Origin: Octopus bimaculoides
Taxonomy: Eukaryota
DNA: 63,839 nucleotides
Direction: 5' to 3'
Assembly: GCF_001194135.2 (NCBI RefSeq)
Contig: NC_068983.1
Coordinates: 166,363,940 to 166,427,778 of the forward strand
Each line of letters begins with the position of its first letter. Position 1 is the stretch's first letter. Of the stretch, positions 53,017 through 63,839 are shown piece by piece. The notes beneath the pieces were generated by a model. The model had not been told where the DNA came from. It ran no database searches and saw only the letters and a list, made by a program, of their open reading frames with translations. The position numbers and the translations under genes are program-made.

Positions 53017-53129
53017 ACCAGACTTTAATAAATGATTAAATACCTGCTCTATTCTTTAGAGGGTGCTTCATAATCTGATATATCTTATATTGGCAATATA
53101 TATGAAATACCTGCTATTCTATGCTTGCA

Positions 53130-53420
53130 TGAAGCAGATAGATTATGTACAGCCAGATGTCATTCTTTTCACCGATCCATTCCAAGTAAGGTAATATTTC
53201 ACCAAGCCTAGACATGATTATGTGGAAGATTGAAAACAAATAATATGTCTTGTATGACAGAGACACTCGTTTACAACCACCGCCTGATGTCAAGACAAAG
53301 AGAGTAAAACAAACACACACACACACACACATATATATATTTATGTACATATGCATATGAATGGATGTGTGTATGTATGTGTATATATGATATACACACA
53401 CACACACACACTTACTTACA

Positions 53421-53454
<34 letters not shown>

Positions 53455-53550
53455 TATATATTGAGGTTCTTTCAGTTTCCATCTACCAAATCTACTCCCA
53501 AGGATTTGATTGGCCCAAGGCTATAGTTGAAAACATTCAAGGTGTCTATC

Positions 53551-53608
<58 letters not shown>

Positions 53609-53890
53609 ACACACACACCTTTTATTTGTTTCAGTCGTTAAACTAAAGCCATGTAATGTAGGGGTTTTAGTCGAATGAATCAACCCCAGTACTTATTTTT
53701 TAGAAACCGGATATTTATTGTATCAGTTTTTCATTGCACCACTAAGTTATGGGGAGATAAACCAAGAAGTGATGGGGGACAAACACAGGCACAAAGACAC
53801 ACACAGCCTTCTCTCAGTTTCAATCTACCGAATCTGTTCACAAAGCTTTGGTTGGCTCAGGGATATAGTAGTGTGGTTGAGCAGCAAACT
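53130..53890 (-). mobile_element. Two family B SINEs (G tail at 53130-53530; D tail at 53620-53890) separated by (GT)n
   Basis: Family motifs as in the other copies. Confidence 0.7.
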
Positions 53891-54057
53891 TCTTAACATA
53901 CACAATGTATATATATATATATTCACACACACATATACCAACACATGTGCATACATGTACACACGTGTGTATGTATGTGAATAGTTTATCCTTTATTTGA
54001 AAAGAAAGTGTCATGAAAAGCAAGCATGGAAAAATGGACCAAAACAATAGGAAAAAG

Positions 54058-54066
54058 ATGAGAGAG

Positions 54067-54099
<33 letters not shown>

Positions 54100-54160
54100 G
54101 AGAGAGAAAGAGAGAGAAAGAGAGAGAAAGAGAAAGAGAGAGAAAGAAAAAGAGAGAGAG
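54058..54160. repeat. Complex (GA)/(GAAA) microsatellite
   Basis: Directly visible. Confidence 0.95.
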
Positions 54161-54784
54161 ATTGTTGAAGTAAACTTAGGTTAGGATAAAAATTTGTGCA
54201 GCAATTTCAAAACAAAACCTTATACTTGAGTTCACTTGCATTTAGCATCTGAATATCACTCACTCCAACTCTGTTATTTTAGTCTGCTACCAGCATGACT
54301 GACAAGACACACATTGCATTTTATTATAAGATTGTTGGGGATGTTACATAATCTATTTCATAGCTATACAAATTTCTCACACACATTCTAAATGATGTTG
54401 CTGCATCGAACAACAAACAGAATCTGATTATAGAGTTCTGTACATATAAAAGCAATTGTATTTCACAGACTTCTAAACATCTAAATCATTCACTTGTTCG
54501 TTTATTCAATACTTTTCTTACCAACAACAAAAAAATACAAATTAAACTAAATTAAACAAAATAGATAAAATCAAGCTTCATAATATGAATAGACAACTTT
54601 GAGCTTTTCTTCACAATATTTCCTGCATCCATTTGGATCACAATGTAGCATCATTAAAATTACATCAAAGTTTAAGTGAATGTTTTTAACCCTCTTCATG
54701 TGGAGGGGGGGGGGACTCCTGTTCTGAACAAAGAGAACAGATTATAGATTAAGAAATCAATCTTAATAACAGAATTAAATTAAA

Positions 54785-55170
54785 TCATCATCATCATCGT
54801 TTAACGTCCGCCTTCCATGCTAGTATGGGTTGGACAATTTGACTGAGGACTAGCAAGCCAGAAGGCTGCACCAGGCTCCAATCTGACCTGGCAGAGTTTC
54901 TACAGCTGGATGCCCTTCCTAACGCCAACCACTCCAAGAGTGTAGTAGGTGCTTTTACATGCCACTAGCACAAGGGCCAGTCAGGCGGTACTGGCAACAG
55001 CCACGCTCAAGTGGTATTTTTTTACATGCCACCTGCACAGGAGCCAGTCCAGCTGCACTGGCAATGACCTCGCTTGAATGTTTTTTTCACATGCCACCTG
55101 CACAAGTGCCAGTAAGGCGACGCTGGTAACGATCACGTTTGAATGGTGCTTTTTACGTGCTACCGGCATG
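54785..55170 (-). mobile_element. RTE 3' end with UTR subrepeats
   Basis: (CAT)n CGTTTAACGTCCGCC...CTACAGCTGGATGCCCTTCCTAACGCC. Confidence 0.85.
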
Positions 55171-56660
55171 GAAACCAACATTTTTAGCCTACTACCTTTT
55201 CATTAAAAACTCATACTGCCCAAGCTTTCATCTTGTAAATGATTCTTTCTTTCTTTTACAGGTTTCAGTCATTGGGCTGTGGCCATGCTGGGGCACCATC
55301 TTTAAGAACTTATTCAATTGTATCAGTACAAATAGTGATTTCATAAATATTTGTTGAACTACTAAATTACAGAACAGAAATACAACAGTACAAGTTTTTA
55401 GGCTTGCTTTATATACAGACAAGGACACACACATAAACTCATACATTTAATAGGATTCTGCTCACTTTCCATCCACCAAATACTGCTCAAGATAACAGTC
55501 AAGTTATGCAATGAATTCAAATCCAGAACTCTTTGGTTGCAAAGCAAAAACCTTAACCACACAACCATACTTGCATATGATGTAAACAGTGCTAAATACA
55601 TTTTTGAACGTTGGAAAGTGGTTGAATTTTCAATAATATTTTGTATAAAATGTAAGTCATTTAGCTGAATTGTATACTCTTGCTCAAAATTGATTGGTGA
55701 TTGGTTTCTTTGTGCAGCTCACAAAAATTTATGAAAGTGAAAAATCATTGCCTACAGGTTTCTTGTTCCCACTAATTTTGAACATTTTATTCTCTGCAAT
55801 ATTCCGGAAGAATTTTGGAAAGAAAACATCCAGAATGAGGAGAACATTCAAAACGAACTCATTTGATAGAATAGAAAACCTGAACATGGAACCACAATCT
55901 AAACAATATGTAATCAAAGACTGCATGATTCTATGCAATATTTGATTCTGTATTCTCTTTCCTATGCTTGTTGATTTTGCAAATAATACTATTCTAAAAT
56001 ACTAACACTAATATTAAAATACAGCAATTGGAAACAGCACCAGTTTTTATTGAAAGATAAATGTAGGTAGAGTCATATGCTTCACTGAAAAAAACTCACC
56101 ATGCAAACAACTCAGACTGTGTTATTGAGCAGAATTGGTAGAATATTGGACAAAATGTTTGGCAGTATCTAGTAAGGATATTTTACAATCTAAATTCAAT
56201 TCCTGCCAGAGTCAACATGATCCTTCTAGGGTCAATGAAATGAGTATTGGAGTTGATATATTCACTCCTACCCTACTCCAAAACATCAGAAATCAATATT
56301 TCTAGATAAACCTGGTACTGACATCAGATTAGATCAGACACCACTATTTCTTCCAATAAAAAAAAAAATGAAAGAAAATAATGGTTTAATTTAACTGTCA
56401 TTGTTTTCATTGTCGTTTAAGTGTAGGTCAACCAGAGTGAACAGCTCTCTGATCAAAGGCATTGCAGCTGTGACCATTCTGTCGTAAATCTCATGTACAG
56501 GCAGTCCAGAACACATTATCCAATATGCTTTTTCTAAGATGTAGGGTGCAATTTGAGAGAAATTTAGCAGCCATTTCTGGCAGCTTGAGCAACTGTAAAT
56601 CATTAATAGACTGATTCATTTTCTCAGTCACCACCCCTGTATTAAGGCCCCCTCATTGGT

Positions 56661-56772
<112 letters not shown>

Positions 56773-57012
56773 TTTTATAATTTCACAGGTAGATTTAAAC
56801 ATTGCGCTATTCATTAATGGGTTCTTTTATTTATTTTTTTATTGATGATGTTGCATATTGTTAATCCTCAAACCTTAATACAGAGAAGAAAGTATTATGC
56901 GCTGTCTTAATGGCACAGGTTTAAACTTGACCACAATACTTGTCAGGCAGCCTGCATTAACAATCAATCAAGGAGTGGGCTACTGCCAAACAAGCAGCCT
57001 GCCTTTGGCTTA

Positions 57013-57337
57013 ACCCATTTGATAAACAACCCACCTGAGATTGACCCTCGTTATACAATGAAAACTTCCGGTTTTAAAAAGTGATCTAAATTAAAAATTT
57101 CTAGCTAATTCATGTACCAAACATCAGTTTAATAATGGCAAAGTTATTTTACTAAATTTATCACTATTTTCAAAATTAAGAAACAAAGGCAATGTATTTC
57201 AATAGAAATATGGTAACTAAAGAGTCAGAATGGTAACTAAAGAGTCAGAATGGTAACTAAAGAGTCAGAATGGTAACTAAAGGGTCAGAATGGTAACTAA
57301 AGGTTCAGAATGGTAACTAAAGGGTCAGAATGGTAAC
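57013..57337. mobile_element. Type 1 MITE (reverse) whose terminal 20 bp has expanded into a 6.4-copy tandem array (57210-57337)
   Basis: Unit ATGGTAACTAAAG(A/G)GTCAGA resembles the MITE end ATGGTAACAAAAGGGTTAA. Confidence 0.8.
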
Positions 57338-59950
57338 ATTTGAATCTTAGTAAGGAAACGGACCAAAGTTTTGATTCATTAAAAGCACTACTCCCATTTG
57401 CTAAGAGACAAAAGGTATTGAGTTAAAATCCAACCTATAACAGTATTCAGGATATATTCAGAACTAAGATACCTAAAGAAAATCAGAGATTAAACCAACT
57501 AAAATGTAGTGTAAATTCTAATATAAGTGCTTCAAATGAGAGTAATAGTTCTAAAATAGGGGTTGGTAAAGTGGTCGATAATGACCCAGGGAGAGGGTGG
57601 ATGTTATTATCTAAGGGGTTGATAAACACTTGAATTTTTATTGTTGTTTATCAATTTTGTTTAGTATTTTCATTAAATTTCTTTAAATATTTCTTATTAA
57701 AAAGAGGCAATGGAACCAAAGAACAAAGGAATTATTGTTTTGAAATGGAGAAATTTTTTTATTAATTATACATTTTATTTCAGAAATTTACATGATGGTG
57801 GAATTGATAAGTTATCTCTGATCCCATGAATGATGTAAGACATTTGATTATAAAATATATTTGTCTTAATAACAATAACTCATCTCACAACTTTATACAT
57901 TTAATTTGTTGTTGCTGCTGTTGCAAATAATCAATTTCAGATACTAATATAGGAGGCGGAGTTCTAAGTAAAACTGTCTGAAGTAGCACGTATATTGGGA
58001 GTCAGTGTTCCAACATTTTCTAGCCATCAAAATCAAATCTACTTCACAAGTGGCTTCTCTATGAATTTATTAAAAAAAATAAAAGAAATTATTTCATCTT
58101 TGCTCCAGTTGTGGTTTGTGATATTTTTCTTTTTAAGTGAAACCTTTACAACAACTGAAAACGACAGACACAAATGACTTGATTACAACAAAATCCAAAA
58201 CCTATTCAATGCCAGAATGAACCATGACCATTGTCAGCAACCAACAACTACACAGAATATTTTCTCTCATTCAGGACACAAGTATCCTTGAACAGGACCA
58301 TTACAAGAACTGGAAGAAATACACAAAAAATACCAGAATTAGTCTAATCATAAAAAAACAACAAATATGCTAAAGCTAGGTTAATTGTAGCCCAAATAAA
58401 CCTACAGGGACTTATATACATTGCGTAAATTTCATTTTTCTACTATACTTATTTGATTTGTTACAGATTACCAGTTTTCCAAGAATTTGTTCAAGCTTTT
58501 TAAAGCAAACATGATTCAGTAACAGATGATACAGCATCTCTGGTGATTTAACTTGTGGCTAAAAATAATAATCTTGCATAATTTTTGAAACTTAAAAACA
58601 TTTTGAAACAAAAATTTAATTTCTTTTACAGAAGCTAAATTAGGTTTTGTTAGGAAAATATACAGAATTTTAAAAATTCTATTTAAAAAAGAAAAAAAAA
58701 TTTCAAATAGTATGGAGGGTTTATGGAGAGAAATAACTACTACCAGTAATCATTAAAAGTAATGAAAAATAAACAATTTATATGAAGAAACTGGTTTTAT
58801 ATCAAACTGTAAGCCTTGAGTAATTAGTTATTCAGCCTAAGACTATTTGAATGAAGGCAGCATTATTTTGTTGAACTGAGACATCTTAATGTAGCTGAAA
58901 AGAAATCAAGCTTAGGTCATGCACTACGAATCTAAATTTAGCATTTTCTACAAAACCATTTACGAAATAAGTTTATCCTCTATAAAAAGTATGCATTACT
59001 TCATTTAGAAATACAGCATTTTTTGTCTTTCTCAGAAACATAAAATTAGTAATACCCAATAATTGAAAAATCATAACAAAAAACAAAATGCATTGCATAG
59101 AAAAGTTGCACTGCACTTCAACATAAAATGCAGATGTTCAATCAGCACAATTTGTACTTATTGATTTCAAACCAGAAATATAGTTTGCTTGTTCTGAGAG
59201 AAAAATTTGAGAAAATTTGCAGTAACAAATGAAAACTCCATTTAAAAAAAACTGCAGCTACAATGAATATCATCAGAAAAACATTATCTACAAAGAAGAG
59301 GAAAAAATAAGTCTCTTTATGCAACAACGAATCAATAGAGGGTTTTTTTTTTTTCTTAATGTTCAAAACAACGATTCTCTCCAACATAAATACAAATCCA
59401 AAAATAGGTATTTTATTGATAGTCTCTTTCTATAAAGCACTAGTCAGAAGTCGTTCAACTGAAATTCAATCACACTGGTCTTCTATAATAATTAAAGCGA
59501 ACAATAGAATTTTTAGAATAACTCCTTTTCTTTTCTTTTCTTTTTTTTTCACACAAGAGAAATGGACAAAATGCAGATTACAATCTAGTTCATAATATTA
59601 TTCCAGACAATTGACATTTAAAATGAACATACCATCATTTTGTCTAGCTTCCTCACAAACTAAGCAAATATGATTGTTTTGTTTTTCATATGGAATGAAA
59701 TAAACATCAAACACAACAAAAATATTTTAACAAACCATGGCAAAAGCAAAACATTTTTATGTCTATCAGACTATATTGAAACTGAGACATATATTATCTT
59801 CAAGCGATAAAGTAACAAGATGGAGGCAAATATCAAAATATTAATTTTTAGGTTTTTAACAGCAATGAGATATATATACATACATATATCAATAATAATA
59901 AATGTGAAATTCTGTCTGTCCAAGACCCCTGTATCTCAGTCTACATTTGC

Positions 59951-61077
59951 TCTTCTTCTTTAGGTTCATTGGTGCCTCTTGAGTAGCACATCAGGTAGTC
60001 ATTGAATATCAATTATCTGTCTCTGGCCAACTGGTATACTTCTTCCCAGGTAATGTTCAGTCTGCATAGGTCTTCTCTGAAGGTACCATGCCATGTCTTC
60101 CTTGGCCGACTTCTTTTTCTCTTACCGTCCAGCAGCATCTAAGCCCATGCCTGTTTTGGCAAGCCTCTCCTCTGGCAGTCTTAGTATGTGTCCTGCCATT
60201 CTCATTCATCGTTTGGTTACAATTACATGCATAGGCTTTACTCTTGCTGCTTGGAAAATGGCTTCATTTATCACTTTGTCTTGATAAGTGATTCTTAGGA
60301 TCTTTCTGAGGCACTGCTGAAGAAAAGCATCGAGTTGGCAAGCAATTTTAGCAGTCATCTTCCAGGTCTCAGCTGCATACTGATATTGGTAGTATTGCTG
60401 TTTTGTGCAGGCAAATCTTCAGCTCTATCCTCATAGTGTTGACACACCAAATACTACTGCTGCCTTGCAATTCTGCAGCTTACATCTGTCTTTGCATCGC
60501 CATTGTTTATCACTATGCTTCTCAGATATGTGAAGCTTGTAACTTCTTCAAATGGTTCTTGTCCAGCTTTCACTGGTACACTTTCAACTTGTTTCCCAAC
60601 TTACATTACCTTCGATTATGACCACTGATTCTCAACCCAGTCTTTGCTGTTTCCCTTTCCATTTTTGTTGTCATTTCTTGTAATGTTGGGCGATTCTCTG
60701 CCAAAAGGGAAATGTCATCAGCAGATCGTGCTGCGAGCAAATATTCACACTGCACAACATCATAGAACAATGCATGGAAAACCAAGGACCACTAATAAGA
60801 AACTTCATTGACTTCAAAAAGGCATTTGACAGGGTGCATAAAGAAACCCTCTGGGAGATTACAGAAGTGCATGGAATACCAGACGATTACATCAATCTGC
60901 TTAGCAGTTTCTACAACAACTCAAGTTGCTTCATTAGAGCAGAGTATGGATACAGTGGTTTCCTTAAGATCGTAACTGGAGTAAGACAAGGCTGTCTCCC
61001 ATCACCAATATTGTTTCTGATGGTCATTGATTTTGTTATGCAAAGATCAATGGTGGGACCAGCTGTAGGTCCACAAT
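59951..61077 (-). mobile_element. Second RTE family (BovB/RTE-X-like, (AAG)n tail) with an inverted 5' segment
   Basis: Minus 60723-59951 reads ADDISLLAENRPTLQEM...GHILRLPEERLAK, then the tail. Plus 60721-61077 reads RSCCEQIFTLHNIIEQC..FIDFKKAFDRV..GVRQGC..SPILFLMVID. Confidence 0.9.
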
Positions 61078-61129
61078 AGCTAGCTTAAAAATTTGCACGG
61101 AGTGTGGCTCTTAAGCTAGTATATATATA

Positions 61130-62680
61130 CAGGGGTTGGACAAAATAATGAAAACACCTAGCATCATAATTTTTAAATATCTATAAAACCATCAAAAGCT
61201 TCTTTACTTTTGTTTTTTGATTTATTATTAGTGTTGCTTAATATGTTTTGCTAAAATTGCTGTTTCTTTTCAGATATCGTCAGAAAAGGGTAATTAAAAT
61301 TCATTAAAATGACAGATCTATCGGACTTTCAAAGAGGTCAAATTGTTGGTGCTTGTATGGCAGGCACTAGCGTAACAAAAACAGCCAAAATGTTTGGTGT
61401 ATCAAGAAGTACTGTCTCAAAAGTAATGACAGCTTTTGAGGAAGAGGGAAAAACCTCCTTGTCAAAACAAAACTGTGGAAGAAAACCAAAACTTTCAGAT
61501 AGGGACCATCAGACTCTTACACGAATTGTTAGAAAGGATCACAAATGTACAGCTACCAAAATTACTGCAGAGCTTAACGACCAGCTCGAGAACCTAGTTT
61601 CCATGAAAACTGTTTGCTGGGAGCTGCACAAAACCGGATTTCATGGGAAGGCTGCAATCAGAAAACCACTACTTTCAAAAACAAACATTGCAAAGCATTT
61701 AGAGTGGAGTAAAAACCTGCAGAATTGGTCCCTAGAACAGTGGGAGAATGTTATTTTCTCAGACGACATCCTTTACCTTATTTCCAACCACCGGCCAAGT
61801 ATAAGTGTGGAGACAGCCAAAAGAAGCATTTGACCCAGACTGCCTTCTTCCAACTGTTAAACATAGAGGAGGATCTGTGATGATCTGGGGAACTATATCT
61901 TGGAAATTTGTCAGCCCAATGGCTTCCATTCGTGGCAGAATTAATAGTCAAGACTATTTAAGCATTTTATCTCATCAAATTCATCCTATGGTTGCAGAAC
62001 TGTTTCTGGAGGGAAAAGCAATCTTTCAGGATGATAATGCATCAATTCACACAGCTAAAGTTGTTACTGAATGGCACAAGGAACATTCTGATGAAGTTGA
62101 ACATCTTATCTGGCCACCACAGTCCCTAGATCTCAATATTATTGAACATTTATGGTGCATTTTAGAAAAACAAGTAAGGAGTCAATATCCTCCACCATCA
62201 TCATCATCATCATCATCATAGTCATTTAACATCTGCTTTCCATGCTAGAATGGGTTGGACGATTTGACTGAGGACTGGTGAAACCAGATGGCTACACCAG
62301 GCTCCAATCTGATTTGGCAGAGTTTCTACAGCTGGATGCCCTTCCTAACGCCAACCACTCCGAGAGTGTAGTGGGTGCTTTTACATGCCACCGGTACGAA
62401 GGCCAGTCAGGCAGTACTGGCAACGGCCACGCTCAAAATGGTGTATTTTACATGCCACCCGCACAAGAGCCAGTCCAGGGGCACTGGCATCATCACTATA
62501 ATAAATAGAGACTGTTTTAGCTGAAGAATGGACAAAAATTCCTTTGGAAACAATTCAAACTTTGTACGAGTGCATACCTCGTAGAATTTGAGCCCTAATT
62601 ACTGCCAAACGCAGTTCTACACGATATTAAAATTAATTTGTTTAATTTTAAGGCGTTTCCATTATTTTGCTGAGCCCCTG
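61130..62680 (+). mobile_element. Defective Tc1-type DNA transposon with DD36E spacing, interrupted by an RTE 3' end (62195-62489)
   Basis: TA|CAGGGGTTGGACAAAATAATG and CATTATTTTGCTGAGCCCCTG TIRs. Transposase runs 61309 to ~62610 with a frameshift near 61767 and stops. Motifs FSD, QDDNA and SLDLNIIE. Confidence 0.92.
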
Positions 62681-63155
62681 TGTNNNNNNNNNNNNNNNNN
62701 NNNNNNNNNNNNNNNNNNNNNNNNNNNNNNNNNNNNNNNNNNNNNNNNNNNNNNNNNNNNNNNNNNNNNNNNNNNNNNNNNNNNNNNNNNNNNNNNNNNN
62801 NNNNNNNNNNNNNNNNNNNNNNNNNNNNNNNNNNNNNNNNNNNNNNNNNNNNNNNNNNNNNNNNNNNNNNNNNNNNNNNNNNNNNNNNNNNNNNNNNNNN
62901 NNNNNNNNNNNNNNNNNNNNNNNNNNNNNNNNNNNNNNNNNNNNNNNNNNNNNNNNNNNNNNNNNNNNNNNNNNNNNNNNNNNNNNNNNNNNNNNNNNNN
63001 NNNNNNNNNNNNNNNNNNNNNNNNNNNNNNNNNNNNNNNNNNNNNNNNNNNNNNNNNNNNNNNNNNNNNNNNNNNNNNNNNNNNNNNNNNNNNNNNNNNN
63101 NNNNNNNNNNNNNNNNNNNNNNNNNNNNNNNNNNNNNNNNNNNNNNNNNNNNNNN

Positions 63156-63188
<33 letters not shown>

Positions 63189-63839
63189 CTATATTTCACT
63201 ATTATTATTATTATCATCAAAATGTTTAATACTTAAAAAGTATTGCATGTATTGTTCTCCTTTGTATCATAACAAACAAGAGAAGAGCAAAGATTCATAA
63301 GTAGGATTTATTTGACTATAGGCTTTTCTTCAGACATTATTGTAAGCAATTGCTTTTGTTATTTTGCAGCAGGATGCAGGGGACCTATAATCAATGGCTA
63401 TCCAGCCAAGACCATCTCATCTTTAATTTAGACAGTGCATCTAAGACTACATTACCTAGTATGTCTATCTGAAGGTAAGGTGTGTTTTGAGGAAGATTTA
63501 GTTACTATTTTCTTGCTGGTCAAGTAAATATATATAGAGGCTCCCTCACTGGCTCAATAGCCTTTGATATATGTCCTGATATATATTATTAGGACATTTA
63601 AAAGATAGGTGTGAATGGTAAATACCACCTACCCACTTTCCTTCTTCAACGCAAATGAGAACAACCCTGCTTCTATGATAGAAACATATATAAACTTCAT
63701 GTTTGAAAGTGATCTAAATTAAAAATTTTCTATCAAAATTGCATATCAATTTCAATTCCACACACCAATTTAATAATGACAAAGTTTGCATTGTGCATGA
63801 TATACAGAATGCTATTTTGAACTAATACTACTTTTGTCA

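Larger units (their letters stand above)
52290..53028 (-). mobile_element. 5'-truncated Penelope-like element: GIY-YIG endonuclease remnant between inverted pseudo-LTRs
   Basis: The minus strand reads KYIGLAITAFK..HQSSFR..SHVWYFKDQGTPYDVRWKIIEQPGPNINGSKCCKIFIAE, a PLE GIY-YIG pattern. ~100 bp inverted repeats at 52290-52395 and 52925-53028. Confidence 0.8.

Noticed and set aside
55694-55945. 83 aa ORF in unique DNA, and scattered plus-strand exon-like segments (57951, 58467, 63370)
   Set aside because: No recognisable domain and no consistent frame across segments; expected by chance in AT-rich sequence.
57210-57337. CRISPR-like array
   Set aside because: There are no spacers. It is a simple tandem repeat in eukaryotic DNA.

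Overview
This is AT-rich, repeat-dense eukaryotic DNA with N gaps. The repeat families match those I associate with an octopod cephalopod, probably Octopus; this is inferred from the repeats only. I recognise no intact host protein-coding gene, and most ORFs in the track are microsatellite or TE artefacts. The window is dominated by (1) one RTE-clade LINE family with a (GAT)n tail, ranging from 2.8 kb 5'-truncated copies to 250 bp 3' ends, (2) several tRNA-type SINE families, and (3) TTAA-flanked piggyBac-like MITEs, often nested. Single elements include a mariner-type MITE, a defective DD36E Tc1-type transposon, a second RTE family copy with a 5' inversion, a Hero/R2-type RLE LINE remnant, and Penelope-like fragments carrying hammerhead ribozyme motifs. 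The unique DNA contains a chain of short minus-strand segments with good splice signals but no continuous ORF. Two of the predicted introns each hold one copy of a conserved ~150 nt non-coding, apparently structured element (43023-43179 and 49746-49911). This pair is the best candidate for something undescribed. A further multi-hairpin element lies at 135-335, and several foldback inverted repeats coincide with the 5' ends of retroelement copies.
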